Shown here piece after piece: positions 27,742 to 42,500 of a stretch of DNA of 44,111 nt. The notes below the pieces were generated by a model. The model saw nothing but the letters and a program-made list of their open reading frames with translations, made no database searches and was not told the origin of the DNA. The stretch comes from Paramecium tetraurelia (Eukaryota), in the NCBI GenBank assembly GCA_000165425.1, contig CT868665.1, positions 310,001-354,111 of the forward strand, in the 5' to 3' direction. A program made the translations under genes and the position numbers. Within the stretch, counting starts at the first letter, position 1. Each line of letters opens with the position of its first letter.

Positions 27742-28666
27742 ATGGATAAATAATAAATATAAAAATGCCTCTTTTGCCAATAGAAGACAAGTCTCTGTAA
27801 TTTAATTAACCTGGTACTTCTAATATGAATTCTAGGCACTTTAATACAAATATGAGCACAAAATAGAAATCACAATTGACGATTTTGTTGACAGCAGTAA
27901 AAAGAAAGAAATTGTACAATTTTACGAGAAAATCTTTGATCAAGAAGAGGAATATCTAGAAAAGCAGTTTTAGAGAGCAGAATAAACTAGAAAACTCAGA
28001 ACTCTCACTGAATATTATAAATATGAAATTCATACTCCAAGATTATATATGAAGAAAGTCGAAAAAACAATTAGAGATTATCAAAAGCATAAGAAGTAAA
28101 ACTCAACATCTTATTTTAGAAACTTTCACTACAATAAAATCAAATACTAATTGGGATTAAATCAAAAGGAATAATAAACCCAGAGAATCAAAACAGAACC
28201 AGAGAAAAATAATCATATAGCAAATAACTTAGTCTTATTTGATTTAACATAAGAAGAACCTTCAAAATCAGTCATTGAGATGTTGAATCTCCTCACCAAT
28301 CAAAGTAAAAAGAAGGTCCATTTTGCAACTCAAATCAAATAGGTTCCATGTGTGACTCCTTCAATTTAAAATTCAGCAAGAAATAAAATACTACAAAAAT
28401 AACTCAAAGCCATATTATAATCAGATGTAATACCAAAGCATTCGAACGCTCCTCTAAGTAAGAGATCAGTAGTCTCATTGAAAAGTTCAACTTTAAAATC
28501 AAACACGTTTCACTTAGCTAAATCTCCCGTGATTTAAGTAAGTAGAATCGCTATTAAAATGAAATCTTCCCCTCTAATTTAACTACCCAAAAGCAATAGT
28601 TAGAGCAAAATACAAGTAAGTCCCAAACTAAAAAATCTAAAGCTGTTGCTATAACATAAATCATGA
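27742..28666 (+). CDS. Uncharacterised protein, same family as 9232-10901
   Basis: MDKQQIQKCLFCQQKTSL..|..DQEEEYLEKQF..LTEYYKYEIHTPR; two tiny introns; TGA 28664-28666. Confidence 0.7.
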
Positions 28667-28748
28667 ATTCATTCTTATATTTTATGTTATGTGTATATAT
28701 GGCAGAATTTAAGATTTTGACAAATAAATAATAAAAATTTTAATTTCA

Positions 28749-29133
28749 ATGTTCGACACAATTATGAAAGAATACAACCAGAATAAAAAAGTCTTAGATA
28801 AATAGGATGGTATGGTTTGAATTAAAGCAGAAAATTTAAGAAGGCATATCGGAATATTGGCTGAACCAATGACAAAAAAGGTCTTGCATGGATTGAATGC
28901 GAATATTGCTATACTGCATCAGAATGAGTAAATCATTGAGAAGGAGACCAAATAATTACTAAAAGAAACAGCATAATTGCAAAAGGAATCTCAATAGTGG
29001 CAAATTCTTTACAATAATCTAAATGAAACATTAAAAGTAATGAGTTTGATTGTGATTAGATAAGAAAGTGGGGGACATTGTAAATTTTGCATAAATTATA
29101 GAAAATGAGTTATAAGAATTATGTGAAAGTTGA
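28749..29133 (+). CDS. BLOC1S1: BLOC-1 subunit 1 (BLOS1/GCN5L1)
   Basis: MFDTIMKEY...LNANIAILHQNEQIIEKETKQL..QQWQILYNNLNETLK|KVGDIVNFAQIIE; two introns. Confidence 0.88.
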
Positions 29134-29168
29134 TTAATAAAAAATAAGTTAATATAAAATATATTCAA

Positions 29169-31633
29169 ATGACTAATCCTTGGGTTGGTCGATTTCCATT
29201 TGAAATGAAAGTATAAAAATAGAAAAAAGAAGACTTGCATTCACCGAATAGAAGTGAAATAGATTTCTTCAATGTTCCATCGATATCGGCTTCTGTTGGT
29301 ATCAAAAAATTATAATAGATTAAGTTATGCAACCAAAAACAGTATTCGAAGCTCTAAAAGCTTTGATGTTTAGATAAAAGGAGAACTCTGTCTCCTATGA
29401 TGAGTTCTATTCATTTTCTCGCAGATTATACATCTGCGAAGATCCTGTAAGCAATTTATACAATATTAAGGATTAAAGTTTGAGAGTATTCCGTTAAATA
29501 GCAGGACAATCAGAAATTATTTAATTAGAGGGTAACATACACAATTTTAAATTCAATAGATTTTTTTTAATTTCTCTCCAAGGATCTTTTAAAGTTGGAT
29601 CTCACTAAAATGACTCAGTTTGAGCTTGTGATCAGAATAGCTTTGGAATTGTTTTAAAATATGTGTGATGATGATAATTAATTGGATTTGAAGAGAACAG
29701 TTCATTTTATAAAAGAAGAACTCTGTGAAGACATAGATTTTGTAAATTAAATTATTAATATAAGTTGGAAACAATAGACATGTTTGGTTTTGTATAAGAT
29801 CTATTCTCTGGTAATTTAGTTACAAAGATATCCCTTCAGGATTTTTTCTAAAAGGTTGGCCCTTAAATCAGGAAAGCCTTAAGCAGTATAATAATTAGGA
29901 AAATCCAATAGATTGTTGGATTTAAGAAAATTCAATTCCACACTAGATAAACAAACCAATTTATTCAAAATAATTAAGTTAAGTCTGATATTTAAAAATT
30001 GCTGCAATAAAATTTTAAAATCAATTTTGATGTCGAAATTGATGAATAACCAAAATAGCAACAACAATAGAAGGTTTAATAAGATCAAATTGTTAGTTTA
30101 CTTCAATAAAGCAAACCCAAAATAAGAGGATGGCTATAGAGATTGTCAATAAAAAAAGCAAACAAATGGCAATTGTTATTCTTACAAATAGATCAAAGTA
30201 CAAGATATCTAAGAGCAGTTAAACCTGAATCTATTAAGATTAATCATTCTGTTCAGAATACTGAATTTATTTGTTTATTAGAATTGGTCACAGTCCCTAC
30301 CAAAGGAGTGCATAGGAAAACGAATTCGTTAAATTCAGGACATCATGAGAGGGAACCTGAATTGTAAAGACCTATACAAACAGAAAATGCTAGCAGTTAA
30401 ATAAACCCTTTTAGTCATTCCTTTATTTTGAAGGAACAAACTTAAACAAAAATAACATTAATAAAATCTTGGGATATTAGAGAAATAGAACAGATTTTTC
30501 ATGAAGTTAAGACTTCCATTGATCCATCCTAGAATTATTCAGGGATTGTGGAATTATGCCAAATGAATAATGAACCTTTAGAAAAAATTAGATAGAAATT
30601 TAAGTAACTTGTTTTCAAAGAACATTTGATGGTATTAAATGAAGGAAAAATACATTTCTATACAGTCAGTTTAAAACATTGCATAGATTTAAGTAAAATG
30701 AGGATTTCAGGATATGATAAAGATTTACCATTTATTCCGTCTCACCCATTTCCATTTTAAATAGTTATAGATGAGAAGGCTTAAGTTGTTGGATCTTATT
30801 TGAAGGTCCAAAAGTTTGAATAGCCAAATAAACAGAATAAAAGTGGTATGTCACAAATTAATGAATTGGAAAATGAAAACAGTGACAAAGAAGATTAAAA
30901 AAAAGGTTTTTTTGATTAAATCTACGATAAATTTAAAAAAAAGCCAAATATAAAGAAGAATGAAATTAGAATAGTATTTGGGGCAGAATCTGAACCTAAA
31001 AGAAGATAATGGATATTCTCTTTGAATTATTATAAGTCTAATCAAACTGATTTGGAAGAATTATTAAAGCCTTCTTATCGATCATCCTTTTAAACACCTA
31101 TAATGTCTCAAGGGAATTATACTCCTTCTAGATCCTTCATAAAATCTGCATAGCACACTTTACCACAATAGCCTACTCAATAGAACTTCTTTATAGGAGG
31201 GAATCACACACATATAAACGTTGGAATCTTCTTGAATGATGAGGATGACTATTACAATGTGTTTTAACATTAGAATCAGTTTTAAAGCACTAGTCAAGCT
31301 CAAAACTAAATGATGAATCAAGATTTGGGTTCAAAAAAACAATTGACTTAACCCAATAGGATACATTGTCATACAGATCCTAATGATTCCCCTCAGAAAG
31401 AATGTAAAAATTGTAATTGATTTTTAGAAAGACTAATAACTTAGCCCTCAAATGGGGCTCAAATAACTTCAAGATAGATCTATTCAACTTCATCAGTGGA
31501 GTTATGGCAAAAGTTTATTTTAGCATTTTTTCGATTTTTAATAAAATCAAAAAATCATCAACCTGAAGAAGTTCAAGAACCAAAAATTTAACAATTATAT
31601 AACAGATAATTAAAGATATGTAAATAGAAATGA
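29169..31633 (+). CDS. Large hypothetical protein, degenerate EF-hand-like N-terminus, low-complexity C-terminus
   Basis: MTNPWVGRFPFE; multiple mini-introns; VSYDEFYSF, IIQLEDFFQFL. Exact 3' end uncertain. Confidence 0.6.
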
Positions 31634-31702
31634 TGAAGATTAAATTTAGTAATTTTTCCATAGTATTGTTTATTTGATTTATTAATTTGTTATTATTAAA
31701 TA

Positions 31703-33335
31703 ATGTATGAGACTTTCGGAGATAAGGAAGAGAAAGAACTTCATGAGATGAGAAGGAGATTTGGAAAATTGAGATTTGAAACAGATCACAATATCGAGAA
31801 AAGCAAATTAATGAATACATATATTGAGTAAACCAAATAAGATGCCAGAAGTGTCCTTTTAAATCAAACCCCATAAAGTAAAATGAACTTGAATTTGCAT
31901 ATGAGTCGACTTTAAACTAATACTTCTATCCTTGATTCAAATTCTACTAAAAGGACTCTTTTAACAAGAAAAACAACTACTACTAATAATAATCGAAACT
32001 TCAGCGCTAGAACTTTAACAAATAGAATTACCTCTTTACCAAACAATTACTTTTTCAATTTTCCTAAATGGATGGATGAGAGATAGGATTTCCAAAAGTG
32101 GAAATAACATGAGTAAAACATTATTTTAGTAATAGAGATTTTGATATCCATTTGAAAATTGTCTCAATCTGTAAAAGTGAATCATTTAGAAGGGATGATG
32201 GTCAAAAAACCATAGTGGCTCTCTATCTCTAGACCTTGAGTTTATTCAAACTGATGCCTTTAGAAATGTTAAAGGAATTGGGAGGTCGTTTAACCTACAT
32301 TGAATTGAAAACTGAAAATGATCTAACACTTTGTAGATATGGAGAAAAAGGAGAATGCATGTTCATAATATTTAAAGGAAAAGTGGATGTCATTAGCTCT
32401 GATGTACTATCATTAAATATCTAAGGGTAAATTACTGAAGGTCTTTGGTAGTAATGAACATGTTGGAAGAAGTGCACTAGAAACAGATGCACCAAGAAAT
32501 GCTACCTTGACAACTACATTCGAGTCTCACATTTTGAAATTATAACGATGGGATTTTTAATAATGTCTAAATAATTTATTCAAGATTGAAAGACCAAAAT
32601 GGAAGAAGTTCGTTGAAACGATCCATTTTTTTGATAGTTTTCATCCTCATAAAATAGAGAGAATGTGTGATGAATTAAAAGGAAGATTCATGTCAACCAA
32701 AGATTGCTTATATAAAGCTGGTGATTAAGTAGATAATTTTTATATTGTTAAAAATGGAACTTTAGTTAAGAATGTCGTTGTTGATCTGGAAGAATCTAAT
32801 AGATGGCCCATAGGAGCTAAAGAATGGGAAAAGAAAACCATCACTACTTGCTAAAGGATACCTTTGCAATATAAAGCCTAATCTTTATTAGGATATTATG
32901 AGATAGTAACATTTGAATAACTTCAATTAAAAAAAAGAACAGAAACAATTGATGCAGCAGAAGATTCTTTTGTCTTATTTATTCCCAAAACATTATTTAC
33001 AGAAATATTTGATGCTGATGATTAAAAGAAATTCAGAGATTTGTATACCAAATTACATCCAACTAGCTTTGAAGTGTTAATCTCAAAAGTAAAAAGTGAG
33101 GAAATGAAAAAAAAATAAGAATTTCAAATTATTAACAAAGCAATCACAGATGGTTTAATTTCTGTTCCTCAACATCTTTTAGAGAAAGTATTCAGATATA
33201 TCATAATATTAGAAATTTTCAAAATATTCAAAAGTTTTTGATAGTGCTAAAACTAAATTAAAGTAATTTAAATAATCTAGGGAGATTATTAAAAGAGAGA
33301 AAAGAACTAAAAATATGATTTCCATCTATGAATGA
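31703..33335 (+). CDS. Tandem cyclic-nucleotide-binding-domain protein
   Basis: LCRYGEKGECMFIIFKGKVDV..VGRSALETDAPRNAT and a second domain LYKAGDQVDNFYIVKNGTL..GYYEI..RTETI; no kinase domain seen. Confidence 0.85.
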
Positions 33336-33549
33336 GTTTGGTTTATTAGATTTATATTCATATAACTATATCATTTCTTTATGCAAATTAGAATAATCTT
33401 TATCTAAAAAAGGATCAATTATTTGAAAGAATTTAATTGATCAATTTAGTTTTATTAATAATTTTTCTACCAAATTTTGAAAAATAATATCATTTTGATA
33501 ATTTATAAAATTTTAAATAAAATTGATTAATCCAATATTTATAAGTAAT

Positions 33550-36500
33550 TCAATTTTATCTTCCAGATATTGTATCGTTACCATTTATATTAAATTACAT
33601 CGTAGCCCTTATATTAACATATAACTTATACTTTTAATCAATGATTTGAATACTAACTCTTTATTATTATAACACGATCAGGGAATTAGTTTTTACCAGA
33701 CGATGTTAGCAAAGATTCTTTTCCGAACTTGAAATTATGGGAGTTATAGTTCTAGAATCTATAAATTATTCACAATGATGATCAGATTAATAAAAATTGT
33801 ATTTTTCTTAATTTTTCAATATGATAATTTATTTAGCAACTCTTAAAAGATATGATTTTAATTTTTTAATTAAATACTTTTACCTTTCTTTTTTCACTTT
33901 GTGATTTTTTAATATTTTTGAAATTGTCTTAAATTTCATTAAACATGGAAGAAATCTTGCTACTTTCATTTTAAGTACATTTAGTTTTTACTCCAAATCA
34001 TTAATTTGTTACCTTAAAAATTCTTTGATAATTTTAGATAGCAGGTATGAAATGGAATAAAAATTCAAGCAAAGTAAGATTATGATAAATATATATGAGA
34101 TTTCTGTTGAACCTGAAGATTATGAGAAGTAACACCCAATTCCCAAATTAATTGAAGTTATACATGTGTTAGTTAAGAAATAATCCAAATCATTTAGATA
34201 ATTTACATTATAGGGTTTAAATTTTTTGTTCAACTCTAGGTAAAGGATTAAAATCAAAATCACAATTATTGCTTTGATTAGGATACTATCCTCAAAATAT
34301 GTCAAAGACAGGATAATCAATTCCCTCTGAAATATTTTAACTATCTCCCAATAATAAGCAATATTTCTATATTCTATGTACAAGTATCCCCAACTCTATC
34401 TGACCAATTTTTTATGGAACTTATTTTTGTTTTAGTAAAGTCCAATTAATAGGTAAAGAGGTATAGCAATTGAAAATAAAAGAAGTGTAGGTATGCAGAA
34501 CCTAAATATCCACAATTGATGGATGTATGTATCATACCTCTAAGATACATTTGCAGAAATCCATTTATAATCTGAGATCTCCCTAAAGGAAATCAATAGC
34601 ATAAATCCGCCAATCAAAGTAGGCTATAAAAATATGTACATATAAATGAGAGTTGTTGTGATGACACTTTTGTTGAAAATTGCATATCCAAATTTGAAGG
34701 CAACAAAGTAAATGAAAAAGAAGAAGCCAGTATAAAAGAAAGGTGTGATCAATTCCCAAATCATTCTTGCATAGTGTATTTCATATGCCAATGTATTTGA
34801 TAAAAAGCAATCTAAAGAGTAAATCATAGATTCAAATGGGGAACTAATTGTCGATAAAGTACCTTATACCTCATCGGAAAAGTCTATTTAGAATGTACTT
34901 ATAGTATCCAGAATTTATAAATAATTTGTTAACAGTTTCATTAAAATTGCTGAGTTATCCTAATTAAAATAAGAAACACGATGAAATACAAACTTAAAAT
35001 CTGGCATTATATCCTGTGCTGCTTTTATTGTTCCTTAAACTGAAATGAAACAGAGATTAAAGTCCTTCCATAAGATGATATTATTACCAAAAACTAACTA
35101 ATGTAATGATTAACGTATTTCTTTATGTTTCTTGACATGAACCACAAGCAAACCTTGAGCCAACAGAAAACTCTCCATCCCCTCTCGTATTATACAAATC
35201 GCATTGTTCACATAATGCTCCAATATGTCCTCTAGAACATGATTCATCACCCTCTATTAATCCTCCCAAGCAATTACTGAGTTAATTAAGACAGCTGGAT
35301 ACTTTACTTGTTCCTATATAAGGTCGCCAAAATCCTTATTTTAGGTTTAACTAAGATGAATTCACGCTTATTGTGGATACATCATCTTTTACCTCGCATT
35401 TAGAAGAATTCTATTTTATAGAGAATAATCCTAGGCTATTATCACATAGAATGCAAGAGAAGTTAATAATACTCTTAATTTCGCCAAATTAACATGGCAA
35501 TGACCTAACTTCAACCCTTAATTTATAATTATTGTGACTGCCTTGAAGATTATACGGTGCAACTTTATTAAAAATAGGAATTGAAATTGAATTACAACTA
35601 AATTCTAGTTATAAAGACATATGAGATGGTAATTCATTATCTAAATATATAACTAAATCATCCCAATTATAATCCTAAGTTTAAGCATTAAAATAAGTGT
35701 AATTAATATTTGTAAAGTTATATTAGAAATTCTCAGAATCTGTTTTGTTTTCAGAGAAGATGTGTATTCTACCTTATATTTTACAAAAAGTATCAGATAA
35801 ACTTTTTATAATCTAATCTTCTTAATTTAATGGAATAAGTCTAAAGGTCTAATTCGATGGAATATACTATCGATCCTTCCAATCAAAATATCTATAGTTA
35901 GCAATACTTTATCCACTTGGTACAAGTAAATATTGAGATTTCAACCCTTAAACTGTTTTATAAGGCGGTACATAAACTTAATCGATGATTAGATTTTCTT
36001 CATTTTTCAATCTAATTGTCGAAAACATCCCATTGGCATTTAATTAGAGAGCTAATTTTTGGGGAGTGGATATTATATTATTTCCATAATTTTATGCTTT
36101 ATTGTTGAAAATTTAATTATAAATAGCTGGATACTATATAGTTTCTTATTGAAAAATTCCTCCTCCTATATTTGCCTGATTATTTTATATCAAGCAATTG
36201 TACATCAAGATCTCTGAGTTTGTGTAAATGGCCCCACCTCTTTAAGAAGCATTATTAGATTGGAAATTGGAATCCTTCAAGTAAATAGTGATATTCTCTG
36301 CATTTAAACATGTACCCTCTTTGCATGAATTATTTTCACAAATGTAATTTGCTATTATGCTTTCAAATTTTAAGAGAAATTTTTATTGTTCATTGTATTA
36401 ATAGAGTATTCTATTCTATTTATCCTTTATTAGATTAAAACATCCTTTTTGCCCACATGATGAGTTTTTAATATATAGATGTGATGCAGAAGAGTATTTT

Positions 36501-39500
36501 TGGATTTTATTTGAAGTTTTATACTAAAATGATAATAACCCTCTTTGACAAAGGGAACAATTAATTTCAGCTATGTGTAGGTTTTTTACTTCTATTTAAT
36601 CATCGTAAAGTTGAGACAGTAATATAAGACCTGATTCAGTCATATCTGTTAGATTTTTGTTAAGATTTCTCCAACACAAATTATTTGGAGATTGGGAATC
36701 ATGAAACATTTGTAACTTAAAAGGTGCTGAAGTCTATGAATCAGAAACCAAACATTAAAAGGTTTTTGAAGCTAATTATTACTGATTTGGAATGGAAGAA
36801 CAATTATTTTGGAGAAGTTCAAATTAGCCAACTGAAGTATTTTTGATCAATATATTATCTAAATTGATTAAACTAGATTAAACTAAATTATAATATATAG
36901 TTTACATTGATTAGATTCAATAAGAATTAAAAAGTTTGATAACTTGGAATTAATAATTTATAAATCGTTTAAGTTTATTCTTCTTGATGAACTCAGAAAA
37001 AGAAATGATTCATAAAGCAGATTTTCAATATATACATTTTTTAAATTAATTGATTCCCCAAATTCAATAAAAATCAATGTTCGATTATTATTTAAGCCAT
37101 ATTCTTAATTTGCACTAATATCATCATATTTATTTAAAAATTTTAAAAGTTCTCTTTAAAAATTTTTGATTACTAAATTATTAATATATAAATTCTTAGA
37201 ATAACTTGATTAACTTTAGAATTATATATAAACGATTGAACCTTACAAAGAATGTATATTATTTAATATTAAATTATCCATCTCGACATTAATATTTTTA
37301 GATCCTGCTTTCAAATACAAGAAACCTCCCTAATATCTACTAAAGATTGTATCAGCTCTGATATCATTGATATTTAGATTTAAAGCTAATGATGTTGAAG
37401 AGTCGATAAAAATACTTCCTCCTTATTCGTTTTCTTCTTGAAATGATGTCATTATATTATTAAAACTCAATTTACTCAATTAAATCCTGCAGTAGTTTTG
37501 TGCGATTATTTGAAATGCTCCTCCATAAGATCCTTAAGAGTTTTTAAATTTGCAATTTATTATTGTTAATTCTTCTACAATTAATTAAGCATTTCCAGTA
37601 GATGATTTAGTTAGAAAGATTTTTTAGATATCTTCTAAATAAATTTAATCCAATTTTGAAAAACTCCAAAGTATATGTGGTTGAAGTATTGAATAATCAA
37701 AAATTGAATTGTTAAAAAAGTTACAATCACTTATGATTAACGACTTAGCTTTAATCATTATTAAACTATCTGTGCTATTAAATACAATATTATTAGAGAG
37801 TTTTGATTTCATAAGAATTATTGAAGCTTGCTGGCAGTCAAGGTTAAATCCTAATGCTGAAACCTTCAAATTATCCTAAATATATTGATGCATAATGTTA
37901 TTGATGAATGTAAAGTTATGAATCTAGAGAGTAGTCACCTACACAGACTCTATTTTTAGGATGCTTGTGGAAAACTGCTGTTCTGTAATCAATAAAAGAT
38001 TATTATAAGCATATAAATTAGAGATTCTTATGCTTTCTGACTATTGTACTGCAGATAGTTGGGCCGATTGATATGAAATTATAGGCGAATTATTAGATGA
38101 AACATCTTTGATGATCATATCGTCGATATTCAGATTTAAGCAAGAATATATAAAGAGAGATTATAAATAGTACTATTCCTAAATATATTTGAGTTAGCAA
38201 TCCAAGTATTGATGGATACGGAGTTTATATTCTTAGCCCTAAGTAATAATGGCAGATTTTATTTAAATGAATTATGTTTCAATTATACTTATGTCAATCA
38301 ACCCTTGCCCTCTTATAATATTTAATCCATTAATATCAATCTCCTCTATAGACAAATATATTAAAGAAGATTCTTACAGATGTAGATTGAATAATGGAGA
38401 TACGTTGATCATCTCATTGTTTATTATTGAAATATTTGTTATTTGAAGCTAAGATGAGAGGAAATTGAATTTGTGAAACTTCAATAATTTAGCAGTTTCC
38501 TCATACTTATTAGATTCAAATTTAATATTAGAGATTTACAAAAAGAATTAATTGATATAAGAGAGTACTTCTGAATTTATTATTCCAATTGACGATTCTA
38601 TTAATTAACATTTCAAAAATAGTATTTCACTTAAAATGCTATTGTTATTTAATTTTATTAAGGAAGTGTTAAATAGCTATGAATTTTATATAATAAAATT
38701 TGAGATTTTAACATAATAAAACCAAAAGAGATTAAAAATTGATTGACACTCTTGTATATCACTCTCAATTTAAATTTAATTCAAAAAAACTGTGCCAATA
38801 ACTTTATTTTCACTAGTTTTAACAATGCTTGAGTTGTAAAAGTTTCCTTAGAAAATTGAATTTTATAAAATAAAACTGTCATTGTACGCTAAATCAAGAT
38901 GTAAAAGGTTAATTCCATTAAGTTTAGAATTTAATAGTTAAAAGTCACTGATCTATATAATCTTTTTAAATTCAGTTTATCCGATTGTAATGAAAAAATC
39001 ACTATTCTAAAGAATGACTCCTTTAAGTATGAATGTATTAATTGTTAATGATGAAACGTTCAAAAATTAAATCTATGATTGGGTAACCGGACTTTCAGAG
39101 GTAAATTCGATATTATTTAGCTCAATTTTGAGAGGAAAACAACTTATGAAAAATAGCTATTTTAGTTTATCACTAGATTATGGTATTAATTTAAGATTGC
39201 TTATTTTAATAGAATTAAAATTCAAAATTTAAAATACTCTTTCGTATATAAATTGAATTTCATGTAGGAAATTGAATTCTAATTCAACATTGCTAATAAT
39301 AAATATTAAAAATACATTGCAGAAAATATGTTTTCACTAAAGCCTTATTAAATTTTTGAGCCATCTGGGATGATGCATATCTAACTTGTCTTACTTGAGA
39401 TTTTTATTTTGATAGATTTAACATATTTCTCATTTGCTTAAAAGTAAAACAGATCGTTTTCATACTAGATATTTATAAAAATTACTTCTCTAAAGCTTTG

Positions 39501-42500
39501 GCCAGATATCAAATTATCAATTAAAATATTTTCAAGTGAAAAACGTTATTTTTAAAAAGCATCAACTATAGCATCTCTATCTTTTTCAAATTCTTAAGAT
39601 GAACAATACAAATTTAAATTCATACTATACTATAAAAAACAACCTAAATCTTAATCCAAACAGTTAATAAACATACCTAACTGCTAATCATATGTATATC
39701 CGTTATCAGTATAACTCTTTAGACATTAATGAGCATATTTCATATATTTTGGATTTTTAAATAAAGGATTGATTTGTTACAATTCCTCATTTGATCTAAC
39801 CCGACACAAAGCACAATTTGATGAGCATTCAATGCATTAATTTTCCATCAGTGTTAATTGTCTACCATATTGGCCAAGTTTGCATTTTAAACAGACATTT
39901 TAACCATTTATGAATTAACATTTTAAACAATTTTCAGCACAGGACTAAACACATAGATCATTAATTAATTCATATCCAGAAATACATTGACTACACTTTA
40001 TTTCATAATCTTCTTGATTTTAACTTTAACCATATTCAGAATAAGGATGCTCATCGTCTTTTTCAATAAATACTTTATAATATGCCCTTATGTCTACTTT
40101 CCAATTATCTTAAGCAGCTCTCTGTTATTAGTAGCATGAAAAGCATCTTAAATCAGATGGACACGAAAAACATTTACCTGCTATTTAATGTTAATAATAT
40201 CCATTTGTACAACTCAAGCATTTATAAACTTTTAATTAGTCAGATACTGAAAATTTTCCTTCTAGACAGATTTCACATTAGGGAATTGACGAAAATTCAG
40301 AGCAGGATTCAGTAAATTATACCTCATCCACAACTGTAGAAGTAGTAATTAAACAAATCTATTAAGTAGTGCAAACATTTCCTATTGTTTTTGAATAGGC
40401 AAGATTACTTAATTATAAATCACATTAAACTAATGTTTAAGCATATCCAAAGGTGCAAGAAGGATTATTCACATATAAACATAATTATTCGGATACCACT
40501 AGAATAGAATTATTAACACATCTAGCACATGATGTTATAATATTTTATTAATCGAATTGAAGTTCGAAGTATTTATCAAGAGTGTTGATTTTTTAATCGG
40601 ATTTTAAATATTAAAATGCATATTAGCAATTTTCAATTTTATTTTCCTAGCAATTTACTCCATCAAATGATAAATAGTATTTAGTATCATCTATACATTT
40701 CAAACACTTGAGATATGAATATTGAGTATTGTTATCAAAGTAGTCTTGGCATAACTGGCAATATGAGCCACATGGTTAACATTATTTATTCTGTAAAGTA
40801 TATTTATCAAAACAAGTTGTACAATGAACCTCCTTATCAAATTTGTTTAATTCGCAAGATTAACAATTCAAAGGACAATTATAGCAGTTATTATTAATAG
40901 GATACATATTTTATATGCAACTTTTACAATCTCCATTATCATAGGCTTCTAAACAATTTCGATCTACTTCGTTGCAATCGTTATTGCTTATATAATAATT
41001 AGGTTTGCATCTAACATAAAAATATTACCCTTTATTTTGTTCTCTAGATAAAACACATTTGAACTCTTTACGATCTGGATCACAATAGTCTAAATACCCT
41101 AATTAGAGATTCATCTAATTTTAATCATCAATAAAATAAAAGTCATAATCCTTTTCGTTTCTGAATGTTAATATAAAAGCGCTTTCCAATGTTTATCCAT
41201 AATTTATTAAATCTTTTGTGCAGATAGATTATTCAGACCAATACAAAGGAAATTACAAACAATCAATACATAAAAAATCATTTTTGCTGTCTTAAGGGCT
41301 AGAGATAAAATTGATTTTACCATTTTATGCATTCATTGTTTTCATGTACTAAAAAGTAACCAAATTAACAAGATTGCTTCACTTAATTCAAGACAAACTC
41401 TTATGAAATTGTAGGAAATCTATATTCAAATTTCATACATTGTACTTATCCATCATAATCAATGTAGCCTTATTAACATAAACACTTATTTTCTTCAGGT
41501 ATGTATACTCTATTTGAATCAGGTATACAAGATAAACAATTTGTTTATTAAGGTCCATTACAAGTTTTACAAGAGTAATAACAAACTAGTATTATGAATA
41601 AGTGAATTACCATTGTTCATTAATTGTCTATCATCTTAGTAATTAAATTCAAATTTAAAATCACTCACCCAAGCCTAAAGCATGTTGCTAGAAAAGTAAT
41701 CTCCTCCAAAAACATAATAAAATTTAGAATTTGTAAATGAAGATTAATATTTATTTGATCCTATTGGAAATGATTGCAATCCTAATTCATTAGAAAATTG
41801 AATCTAAAGCAAATTTTTATCACGGCTTTACTGCCTACCATATTCGTATTATATAAAATGCCATTGCTGAATTCCATTTAAATAATATTCACAACACTAG
41901 ATTAGATTTAAAACTGGATTTAAATCTGGATATTAACTCTATAAACTTTATAAAGGTAATCCATAGAAGTTATTTGTTATAATGTATTGAGTTTTATCTG
42001 GGGTATTTTTATTTACTTCAATCTCCAATTTCATCAACTCATCACCTATATTCTTGCCGCTACCATAGTTTTTAAAGGCAGTGATCCTAATAACTGGCAT
42101 TTTTGAATAATAATTAATTGAAGCGATGTCGATTTTAATCCAACCTGATATACAATATCTATTTCCAAATTAGTCAAAATTACCCTAAATTTAACCTTAC
42201 CCACTATAATATTAAAATCCTTTCACTATTTCCACTCTTTATTCTCTATCTGAAATTTGAGGTATTCTACAAGTAGAAGTAATAGAATTGCGCATATTCT
42301 TATTTAAAAAACCAAATATTTATTCAACAAAAATTTTAAACAACCTTTCCTTTTAAAAATATTTAAATTTANNNNNNNNNNNNNNNNNNNNNNNNNNNNN
42401 NNNNNNNNNNNNNNNNNNNNNNNNNNNNNNNNNNNNNNNNNNNNNNNNNNNNNNNNNNNNNNNNNNNNNNNNNNNNNNNNNNNNNNNNNNNNNNNNNNNN

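Noticed and set aside
14562..29133. Cilium/secretion gene cluster (LRRC49, IFT46, BLOC1S1, TMP-like)
   Set aside because: The genes are interspersed with unrelated ones, such functions are abundant in ciliates, and I saw no shared regulatory motif.
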